Positions 12,144-23,100 of a stretch of 64,000 nt of DNA are shown piece after piece. The DNA lies in the NCBI GenBank assembly GCA_043228905.1, contig JBHGNT010000011.1, positions 4,526,001-4,590,000 on the forward strand. The letters run 5' to 3'. The position numbers were made by a program, and so were the translations under genes. The stretch comes from Azolla caroliniana (Eukaryota > Plantae > Polypodiophyta). Under the pieces are notes generated by a model. That model worked only from the letters and a program-made list of their open reading frames with translations. It made no database searches and had not been told where the DNA came from. Each line of letters begins with the position of its first letter. Position 1 is the first letter of the stretch.

Positions 12144-13335
12144 CCAAATGACCTAAATGTTACTTATCAATAAGAATTGGTCCCAAATCTCTCATCATGA
12201 GATAGGGACTTTAGCAGCTACGGTGTCCTCTCCATTTTATGCACAATTCTCTCTCCTCACACAACTGTAGCCCTTTCCCTTAGTGTAGTGGATCTAACCA
12301 AGCCATCACATCATCTCTCTTTTAGACACATGTGTTTCACATTTCTCATATTTTTCAAGGTATGTCCTACAATTGCACTTCCCATTTGCTAATACTTCTA
12401 AGGGTGGAGTGGTGATTTAGAAAATGGAATAGAGAGATGCAACGTATCAACCATTGCAGTTTGAACCAGGGCAAAAAAAGGCATGATTTGCACAAAGGCA
12501 TTAATAGTGCAGAAGACTTATCTTACAAGTGTCATCTTTCAGTAACAAAGGGAATTTCACATCATATCACCTATGACAGTATAGTGATATATTTTCTTTC
12601 TTAGTTTCACGAGACTTTGATGATAATGCTTTCATGAATTGAGCTGTTATATGGCTCATCATAACATGGAAAATATCAATTCCCACATTGGTTGCCTGCA
12701 TGGTTATTTCCAAGATATACGTGTCCATGGTTGCCTGCATGAAAGGTAGTAAAACACTCTTTAATAGGAATGATGTACCTAAATCCACTTGATCCATGTT
12801 TGTGGCAAAGCATCATTGAGTGTAAGCAAGGCATCAATTAGATTGCTCTTTGTAATTTGCATATCCTGTGCTTGAATAAAAATAGAAGCACCATTAACTT
12901 CAGCGTGATTTGCTTTCATGAATTGAGCTGTTATATGGCTCATCATAACATGGAAAATATCAATTCCCACTTTGGAGGTGAAGTAGAAGCAGTGCATGAT
13001 TCATCTTTCGTCTACCTGATGTCAAAAGAACAATCGTTTGATGACATCTATACACTAGTGAAGCGGCATCACAGAACTGGTAAGGCCCCTACAAACTGGC
13101 AACCCTCCCTAAGGGAGATGATCTCCTGCATGAAACATTATCCCAACCCGATGTTGACTGAAGTTCCATTATCTATCCTAAGTTGATTGCAACAATGATG
13201 AGTTGTTGTGAACACTACAGCCTGCATTTTTCTCTTGAAATTGTAGAGAAAAGCTGACATTAAAATTATGTGACTTCAACTCAATGTACAAATAATCCTT
13301 TGCATCTTCAACATAAAATGGGTAGTTGATTCTAT

Positions 13336-15654
13336 TCAAAACACTATTTCTTCAGAGCAGTATACATGTTCTGGTCTCATCATGGCTTCAAGTTTGTCAG
13401 CATCCTCTTTCATGCCAGCAGCTGCAAACATGTTAGCCATTAAGACATAACCTGCTGCCAAGTTATCATCTAGTTGCACAATTTGATTGAAAACAGATCG
13501 TCCAAGCTTCACGTTTGACCATTTCCAGCATGTACCCAATAAAGAGAGCCAAACTGAAGCACAATCCATGCAAGACGGGCATGGCTTTAATAACGGAAAC
13601 TGCCTTATCAAAGTGTCCTGCACTACCAAAGCCAGCCAACCACCATGCACGTATGCTGCTCTATAGTAAAGGCTAATCCCATACTTTGTACTCAATTCTG
13701 CAATAATCCTTTGGTTCTCATACCAGAACCCTGCATGGCTACTAGCACTAATCATACATACAAGACTGACCTCCTCTGGACAGATACCCTCAATTTGCAT
13801 CATTTAAAACGCATTGAGTGTGCTGTGATTTTGTCCTTGTTGAGCATACATACCCCGCCATTAATGCATTCCAGGAAGCTACATCTCTGATAGGTAGGTC
13901 TTCCAGCACATCTTGGGCTTTTTGTAAGCATACCACATCTTGCATACATATCCACCAATGTTGTACCAAGCACAATGTCTTCCTCCAACAAACCCCTCTG
14001 CACACTCTCATCGTGGATTTGTTTGCCTTTATTGATTGCTCCTGTGTTCATACAAGCTTTCAAGATAGAAATGAAAGTGACTGTATTTGGCGATAGGCCT
14101 TCAGATTGCATCCGTTTGAGACAGTAAAGAGCTTCATGGCATTGTCCTTGTTGTGCATATCCAACAATTACTGTGGACCAAGACACAACATTTCGAGTTG
14201 GAAGACCTTCAAGCACTTCTTGTGCTTTTCCAGCCACTCCCACATTTGGCATACATATCCACTAAAGCATTTCCAAGCACGCTATCTTTTTCTAGCCATC
14301 CTCTTCTCTGAATCTCATTGTGATTTTCTTCCCCTTTATCTATATTTCCTCTACTTCCACATGCCTTCAAGATGCAAATAACTGTAACTATATCAGGACT
14401 GAGACCACCATTTTTCATGGATTTGTAGCAGTTTAATACTTCATCATACTGGCCTTTTTTAGTATACCCCGTAATCAATGCATTCCAACAAACGGTGTTT
14501 CAAACAGGGAGATCATTAACCACTTCTTGTGCTTTTGCAAGAGCACCACATTTCGCATACATGTCTACCACACTGGTGGCAAGCATGATGTCCTTTTCAA
14601 TCAATCCCTTCTTATTCCTAATTTTTTCATGGACTTCTTTCCCTTTATCGATAGGTCTTATGTTGCCACATGCCTTCAGGAATGCACATGAAAGTGACCA
14701 CATCTGGGGAGAAACCCTCACTTTCCATTCGTTCCAAACAGTTCAATGTTTCTTGGGTTTGAGCATGTTGAACATAGCCGCTGATAAGCGTGTTCCATGA
14801 GACTACATCTCGAGCAGGAAGCTCTTCGAGCACTTTCTGTGCCCTAGAAAGCATGCCGCATGTAGTGTACATGTCCAAAAAGAGCATTGCCAAGTGTGAC
14901 ACCCTTCTCTAACAAACCTCTCCTCCTAATCTTGTCATGAATTTGTTTGCCCTTATTGGTGCCTCCGATGGTGCCACATGCCTTCAATATACATATAAAA
15001 GTAACAGAATCAGGCGATAGGCACTCACAATATATCCGTTGCATACAATCTAAGGCTTCACTGCATTGACCTGCTTGAATGTAACCAGAAATCAACGTAT
15101 TCCAAGATATTACATCTTGAACTGAGAGTGAGTTGAGCATGTCTTTTGCATTTGTCATTTCACCCCACTTAGCATACATATCCACTATGGCAGTGGCAAG
15201 CACAATGTCCTTCTCCAATAAACCTCTATCTACAATCATTTTATGAACCCTTCTTCCCTCATCTACAGCACTTCTGTTGCCACAAGCCTTCAAAATACAA
15301 ATAAAAGTGACCGAATTTGGAACATTTTCTCTTTGCATGCATGAATAAACATTCAATGCTTCATGAACTTGTCCTTGTTGGGCATACCCTGAAATGAGCG
15401 CATTCCAAGAGACAACATTTTGAACAGAATCTTCTTCTAGAAGTTTCCTAGCTTTCTCAAACATACCACATTTTGCATTACATGTTGATTAGGCAAGTGG
15501 CAATGCGAGGATTCTGTTCTAGAAGCAGACCATCTCTTTTTAGAATTTCACCATGTATTCTTGTACCTTCATGAAGGTCTTTCTTGTTGGCACAAGACTT
15601 GAGCATGTTCCTTATAAAAGTTGCATCTCTTGCTCTTCCCCATCTGCTTTTCAT
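13336..15654 (-). pseudogene. PLS-class PPR protein pseudogene with E-like C-terminus (left copy)
   Basis: Repeated VVSWNALISGY / VTFICILKAC / LVDMYAKCG motifs over several frames. E-like end VWLSLLGTC...GYVLMANMFAAAG; no DYW seen; frameshifts. Confidence 0.9.
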
Positions 15655-16958
15655 GCTCTTTTAAACCTCTCTGCTCCCCAAACTTCCCATGGATCCATTG
15701 ACAGGCAGATGACAGGTCCCATTGCACCAAGTTTTGAAAAAACTAACAAAATAGCCTAAAGTTTCAGTAGAATTGTACCCTGTCACAGTACAGCCCCGGT
15801 TTGATTCTCGTCTAATGTATTGATCTAAATTTGTGAACCATTTCTTCAGAAAATGAAACTGTGGCCTTAATATCTCAAGGAGGAGGAGGAGGATGTATGT
15901 CGTTCGTTTCTTAACTCGTAGAAACAAGTAGGGGGACACATCTATAGATAACCAAAAATTTGAACCCTAATTTGTCCATCTCTCTCTCTCATTCATTGAA
16001 AACAGTAGCGGGGTATAGATACCATATTCTCAAAGTTCACTCATGAGTATCTACAACACTAAACATATTCTTTTCCATTAGTCATTTCTTGTGTGGGGTC
16101 TCTGACTATGGTTCCATCTTGCAATATTCAAACTATTCTGCCCAAGAAAACCCGTATGTTCATGCTTATACATTTTACCCATCATTTCAGTTTAGAAAAC
16201 ACACCGGTTTAACCATATAAAGTACATACATACATACTTACACATTTTGTGCAAATTTTCCTTGATCAAAGTATTGCATTCTCGTCCAGTTCAGGAAGCA
16301 AACACGTTTAATCATATGTACAAAAGAAAACAATGGAAAAAATTCGCTTCTGCTTTTGATTCCAAAGAGAAATAATTTATATTACAAAGGTCTATTCTGC
16401 ATCTGCATGCGACATAGAACTCTTGATGACAATTGTGATAATTTCTCCAAAACTTCCCATAGCGACGCCAAGACTACATGATTGCTCCAAAACGCCCATA
16501 TCCACACAAAGACTACAAGCTGAGTGTATAATTTTGCACACTATCTCCTCCTACCATCCAATTCAATAGTACATTACATCCTCAAGTAACGAACTTAACT
16601 GATCGGTCTTTAAAATCTTTTTATTATATGAAAGAAACTTCGAAAATAGAGATTTTCGTTTCCCTTTTTTGTACAAAAAGGCTTATGATTCTGTCTACAG
16701 TTTCTGTTGCATTCCATGCAGCGTCCTTGATTTTTTAATGAAAGAATCATACATTATCAGAAATGTTTTGAGAAAAATCCGACATCCCAACTTCTGGTCA
16801 TATATTCTATGACAACCAAAGGAATCAAAGGTTGGTCATATTTAAAATTTATCCTGTTCTGTTGTGAAATCACTGGCATTTCAATTCCTAGTGATGGTCT
16901 ACAACTACAAAAGGAATCAATGGTAGGAACAAAAACGATTCCCTTTATTACTGTACCC

Positions 16959-17230
16959 TTACTTTGTCTCCTTTAAGGAAGCAACTGCCCTCCAACCTAT
17001 ATGATGTCTACAAAAACCATCAGGCCAATTTATTGTATCAACAGCCACATAAGCTCGTTCTTGAGCTTGAGCAATCTCTTTTCCCAGTGCCACAACACCT
17101 AGAACTCTTCCTCCAGATGCAATCACATTTCCATGGGAATCCAAATCTGTTCCTGCATGAAAAATCTTCACTTTAGGTGCTGCAGTTGCTGCCTCGTCTA
17201 GATTTCGAATCAAAGTGCCGTTCTTGTATT
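16959..17230 (-). pseudogene. Duplicated 3' part of GARS/PurD exon 4
   Basis: KIFHAGT...[13 protein letters not shown]...INWPDGFCR; near-identical to 30445-30716. Confidence 0.93.
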
Positions 17231-17490
17231 CTGTAATGTATGTATGTATTCTGTTCTCTTCTCTTCACAGCAGGCGAAGAGGCCGCTACTCTCTCACACA
17301 AAGATATGTACACCATCTAGGTCTTCAATCCGAGCTTATCCTAATAGTATACAAGATGCAGTTGCACACACACCGAGATCACTATCCTGAGAATATTCCA
17401 AATTGAGTAAAAGTGTATGTAGTGTTGCCAACTGCAAAATGCGGATGCGCACACACTGCACATATCTTTAATGTGAAAATAGCATAGATA

Positions 17491-18113
17491 CTAAGTATAC
17501 ATAGTTATTGCAACCACAGAAATGCAGAGAGCTGCTGCTCGCACAAATGCACATATACATATACTATCTTCAATCCAAGAATATCTTAGCAGTATGAAGG
17601 CATATAAAAATAGAAAAAACTTCAGGAACGTACCAAATAAAGACCGAACAAAATCATTGACACAGATGCACAGCACATGGTAGAAAATGAAGACCCTGCC
17701 ACATAATCACTGGAACAAAACAAGTGCAAACATTTTACCAACCACCCGAATCATATACAAAGCATCATGGAAGAATATGATATATACAAGCTAGAGTAGA
17801 TTAAAGACTGAAGGAGTCATTAGATGAAAACTTGATATGATTGTAGACCCAAAAAGCACAACAGAAAATTGTGATACGTACAACCAAAAGAAGCATAAAG
17901 ACTGAAGAATCCGAGTGACTGTGCATGAGATGATGGCATCCCAGGATCGTCTTTCAAGCCTAGAGCTGTGAGTGGCCTCTATTGATTGAATACACTCTTA
18001 AGAAACTTTGAGCTTGCAGCATTAAGAAGACCACCAATCACTGCCCAATAAACATCGTCATCATGTCTCCAAACTACGACAGCAGCAACAGTTACTGCTA
18101 CAGCCCATCTGCT
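17491..18113 (-). pseudogene. PAP2-family lipid phosphate phosphatase (plant LPP-epsilon-like) pseudogene
   Basis: Exon 18113-17882 (TTGCAG|...|GTACGT) reads SRWAVAVTVAAVVVWRHDDDVYWAVIGGLLNAASSKFLKSVFNQ*RPLTALGLKDDPGMPSSHAQSLGFF, with PAP2 motifs K-x6-RP and PSSH and a TAG at 17979-17981. Next exon 17709-17634 appears frameshifted. Third catalytic motif not found. Confidence 0.8.
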
Positions 18114-18161
18114 CTGCAACAGAAATATATATGGTTCTTTGCATCAAAGATTCACAAGTTC

Positions 18162-18345
18162 TGATTACATTGAATCACACAATGTGATCAAGGCAGAGGT
18201 GTTCCACAAGAGAATCTCGCAATTATATATGGATTTCATAAGATTGAATTTAGTTTTGATTACATTGAATCACACGATGTGATCAAGCCAGAGATGTTCT
18301 ACAAGAGAATCTCACAATTATGTATGGATTTCATAAGATTGAATA
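18162..18345. repeat. Two-copy ~95-bp tandem duplication
   Basis: TGATTACATTGAATCACAC...GATTTCATAAGATTGAAT occurs twice. Confidence 0.85.
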
Positions 18346-18966
18346 TCATGTCAAGGTATAGTTGAAGGAATGGAGAAATAATAGTAGTCAAATAACTTAT
18401 CTGGTAACTTCTAGCAGTGTGTGTGTATGATTCTGATGAATGAAAGGCTATCCTAATTTGATGAGATAGCTTCTATATATGTATGTACTTGAGCCATGAC
18501 TTTAAGATTTATGGATGATATGGAAACCTTACTTTTAAACAATTTTTTTTATGACCATCATTACTCATTGCTAGATTGAAGATAGACATGCATCCACATG
18601 GTTATATGAGATTTAGTAAAGATATTCCTTTCTAATTGTGTATGTAGCATGTCAAGCGTATCATACATTTTAGCCTTTAATTGGGTCTCCTAGGATATTT
18701 TGATAGCGTAGGCCATGTGTCGCAGTTAATATAATCTATCATGCCCTCTTAAGGATTAGGCATTTATTCTTGACCATTAGCTATATGTATATAAAAAAGC
18801 AAGACACGACGGGGTTAGGTTCATGTTTCACAACTGGGTGTGTAAGATTTAAGAAGTTGTTAAATTGATTCGATCAAGCATCTATTGCAAGTGAAGTCAA
18901 TGTCCACAAGAACTCTATTGGATGTACGACATTTGTTTCTTTTAACTCTTACAAACTAAGAAGGGG

Positions 18967-19026
18967 GGGGGACACATCTATAGATAACCAAAAATTTGAA
19001 CCCTACTTCATCCATCTCTCTCTCTC
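18967..19026 (-). promoter_or_regulatory. ~60-bp GA-rich element shared with the PPR upstream regions (putative 5'UTR/promoter piece)
   Basis: GGGGGACACATCTATAGATAACCAAAAATTTGAACCCTA..TCCATCTCTCTCTCTC also at ~15931-15990 and, inverted, at ~31684-31743. Confidence 0.55.
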
Positions 19027-19088
19027 GTTTTTTTTAATCGTAATTAGCTTACCCTAGTGGTAAGTCGATAACACTACAAGCATTGTGG

Positions 19089-19667
19089 CTTGGGTTTGAA
19101 ACGCAATTTGCTCACCTCTCTATTATATACTTCATATATATGTCACAGTGCTTGGGTTTGAAACGCAATTTCCTCACTTCTCTATTATATACTTCATATA
19201 TATCTCTCACAGTGCTTGGGTTTGACTCACCTCTCTATTATATACTTCATATATATGTCACAGTGCTTGGGTTTGAAACGCAATTTCCTCACTTCTCTAT
19301 TATATACTTCATATATATCTCTCACAGTGCTTGGGTTTGACTCACCTCTCTATTATATACTTCATATATATGTCACAGTGCTTGGGTTTGAAACGCAATT
19401 TCCTCACCTCTCTATTATATACTTCATATATATCTCTCACAGTGCTTGGGTTTGACTCACCTCTCTATTATATACTTCATATATATGTCACAGTGCTTGG
19501 GTTTGAAACGCAATTTCCTCACCTCTCTATTATATACTTCATATATATCTCTCACAGTGCTTGGGTTTGACTCACCTCTCTATTATATACTTCATATATA
19601 TGTCACAGTGCTTGGGTTTGAAACGCAATTTCCTCACCTCTCTATTATATATTTCATATATATCTCT
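19089..19667. repeat. Tandem array with 115-bp dimeric unit (64-bp + 51-bp related monomers), 10 monomers
   Basis: CTTGGGTTTG starts at 19089, 19151, 19215, 19266, 19330, 19381, 19445, 19496, 19560, 19611. Confidence 0.95.
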
Positions 19668-19827
19668 ATTTCACTAGATGCCATTGTGGAAGTCTCCATT
19701 AGGCAACCTTACCAACTGAGGTACATCTATCTGGGCTCTCTCTCTCTACAAAATACATAAGCGTGGACCAGAGAAAGATAAATGATTGGAAAGCCCTTCA
19801 GAAGAGAAGAAACGCAGAGGAACGAAG

Positions 19828-20104
19828 ATGTCTTCTTCTCTTTCATTTCTTCCCAATCCCATGTCTTCCTCAATCTCCCATTCGTCTTCCTCTTCTTCTT
19901 CGTTCACTACCACCACGACTACCCTTTTCAGTGAAAAGCTTTCCCTTCCGAAGCTTAGCAAGAGTAGTTTCAGTACCCCATTATTGACTTCACGGAGAAT
20001 TTGTTCTATCGATCTTCACTATACAAGGTCGACGCAGAGGAGACCTTTTGTTGTGAGCTTATCGGCATCATCATCATCACCATCTAAAACAAAAGACATA
20101 ACAG
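19828..20104 (+). CDS. purD: GARS exon 1 (transit peptide)
   Basis: [32 protein letters not shown]...; donor G|GTTAGT is phase 1, matching acceptor CTACAG|GG at 28018. Confidence 0.8.
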
Positions 20105-23100
20105 GTTAGTTTCTATATCATTTACAATGTGTATTCATGTTGGAGCCTTTAGTGACAATACACACCGCGTAGTATTGCATCAAATTTTAAACACATGGAG
20201 TATTGTGGACTTGAATGCAGAAAGAGTTCCCACGCGTCACATCACCAAGAAAACACATATGTCTACATTGACAAACAACAAGAAGTTTACAAGAAGACAC
20301 CATTGCCTCTTTGTTTATGTAGTTATTATCAATATACGTATATTTGTGGCTCTATTTGGACTTTCTTTAAACGAGCTATCGATAGATTGTCTTCTTGTTG
20401 ACTAGGGCAAAGGCACACACCAAGATGTCATGCAAGCTGCAATCTAATAGGTATGTTTTGATTATTTCTAGTGATTAGGTTTTACATAGAATCATTTAGG
20501 TCTTTCATTAAGATATTCATACATTTAGGCCACGCACAAAATTAGGGTTCTGGGTTCGAAGCAAATACTAACATGTATATAATGGTGGTTAACAAACATA
20601 CATTTCCGTTTACGGTTAGAATAAAAAATTCGAAACATATATGTTTTATATACATTTAGGGGTAGAAACACATTTTCATAGATATGTAATTAGGGTTAGA
20701 ATTACATATATCATATATACATTCATGGTTTGAATAAGATTTTGACCAATAGGTAGTTAGGTTTAGAATCGCATATATCATATATACATTCATGTTTAGA
20801 ATCATGTTCTAATTGGTATATAGTTAGGGTTAGAATCACATGTCTTGTATATACATTGATGGTTAAAATCAGATTGTGGTAGATATATAGTTAGGGTTAG
20901 TGTTAGAGTCTAACTAATTAATTAAGCAAAGAAAGGAAAGAGGGGTGCTAGACTCCCCGACCATCCACCGAGCAACAACGTGAGATAACTTGAACCTCCT
21001 CAATGTCCTATACAATTGAGGGTTGATGCAAGTCATGCCTTGGGTTTTGCAAGAATTGCATGTGTTTAGCTAACAAGAACCATAGCCACACTAACATAGT
21101 CTTAACATAAGTCAAGCCTCTCAAAGAAAAAGGTCACATAGACTGAAACCATAGACTGTGGCGTGGTCACATTTGACTACTTTATATGAAATGGTCAAAT
21201 GATAAACTCTTATTTGTTATCTCATACTATAGAATTGAATATTACAATTCATACCCTTGTCCCTTTTAGAAAGAACCCACACATACTCATCATACAATTA
21301 GGGAAAACTATAGAAAACCTATCTTACCATTAGTTATGGTTATGCGCATGTGTTGGTAGAAAGAAAGAAAGAAAGATATATTAACATCTTTTAAGAGGCC
21401 AAAATGGCCTATAAGACCAAATAAGAGATTACATCTTAAGTGTTGTCTCGTCTTTGAGAACAAATCAAAATAAAATAAATAGTACACAGTAAATATAAAA
21501 GTAAATGACATGAAAAGAAAAGAAATGAGGGAATCTGGTTTTTGGCACATGTGAGATCCTCAAGTTAGGTGTATTGTAGCTTTTGTCTTCAAAAGATCTC
21601 TAGCATAGGTTGATCCAGAATGGAAATGTCTCCGAAGCGAGGGAAGCACCTACGATGGCGAGAGATAATGGCTTTTATCTGTCGATGACAAGGGTGTCGA
21701 GGTCGTGGTCCATGGGGCCGAGGTCTACGTGCACGACAAATTGCCATTGCCCGATCAATTGTAACCCCTTTGTTATGTCCTGGTCTGAAGCCCATTTGTG
21801 TATCCCGGGGTTGACTTCTAGCATTAGGAGTGATGGGGCTAAAGAAAGTTGTGATTGTTCTTTGTGGATGAGCTTGTGTGGCTTTATTCTTCAACAACTT
21901 TTCCCGATGTCTCTTGAGCTCTAGCAAGAAAAATCCTAGGCATTGTTGGTCCTCATATTCCATTACCTTGCATAGTGGGCCAAAGCCTTGTTTAAAGAGG
22001 CAATGGTATCTCCCTTTGATTTCATAAAAGACACTACAATGACAAACATAGTGTTCTTTAGATTCCACTCCTTGATGACACAATTGGCAAATTCTCTCTT
22101 CTAGAGGTAGTCGTGTATATCTGCCTACCTCAATCTGTAGCTAATGTGATGAAGTTCTTACCTGCCCTATCACACTACGCAGCGCATAGGATAGATGTAT
22201 GTCCATATAAGGTGGCCTGATGACAAATCCATCCTCCGATGTATGTAAGAAGTGTGTCTTATAGTGGGCCATCTTTATACCAAGAGGTATTTTGGGGCTG
22301 ATCCATGTTATCTTGTTTTCCAAGTTAATAATATTAGTTCGGATCACTCTATTCTTTTCCACTTTGATCATATTTAGATGGGGACAGTCCAAGCTATATT
22401 GGAACGGGGGTAGTGCATTTATACTCATGCCATGTGACTCGAACCATTGTTGCATTTCAGCATACCAACAATGAGTGTCTCCATTTTCAGCCAGTTATTT
22501 TGATGACATAAGTGCCAACCTTGGGTACCTTCGTTTAGGGAGCTCCCAAAGACGTTGGATAAATGTCACTGATCGGAACAACGCCTCGGTTATTATAGGT
22601 GTTGCTCCCATCTCTGCCCAGATTATATCGTGGGGCACCGATGCTTTGCTCCTTATCATGCGAGCAATCATTGACACTAAAGGTCTCTCTAAATCTTTCC
22701 AATGATTTGCCTTGTTAAGACTCGGTCCCCATGTCTCTACTCCATAGAGAAGAGTTGGTGTGATAAGTGTATCAAATAACCATAGCTTAGTCCATGGCTC
22801 TTGGAACTGCAAATGTGCACATTGTCTCTCGAGAGCACCAAAGGCTGCATATCCACGAGAAATTCTAGCACAAGAAACCTCCCATAAAGGGAACCTAGGC
22901 CCTGTAAATGTTACTCCTAGGTATGTGTAGGAGCGTGTGTATTCCACCTTTTCCTCTCCCAAGAAGAATTTTGGTTCTGATCTTGTTACCCATGCTTGGG
23001 TGGTGTTAAACACCATCACTTTAGTTTTATTCATGTTGATTGACAAACTTTTGTCCGTACAAAATAGTTTTAAGGCGTTTAGATGTCTTTGTAGTCCCTC

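Larger units (their letters stand above)
12144..17230 (-). repeat. Left arm of inverted segmental duplication (reverse complement of 30445-35207)
   Basis: Continuous reverse-complement match from CCAAATGACCTAA (12144) to TTCTTGTATT (17230). Near-identical ORF pairs in the track (e.g. 14844-15464 vs 32210-32815; 12857-13186 vs 34152-34481). Confidence 0.95.

Noticed and set aside
16959-18113. In-frame LPP-epsilon/GARS fusion protein
   Set aside because: The LPP exon has an internal TAG, and direct splicing to the junction acceptor would create TAA.
19089-19667. CRISPR-like array (repeats containing GTTTGAAAC)
   Set aside because: The intervening sequences are themselves repeated, so there are no unique spacers. 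No cas genes are present and the context is eukaryotic; it is a tandem minisatellite.
19083-19760. Four overlapping repetitive ORFs
   Set aside because: They are by-products of the 115-bp repeat period.
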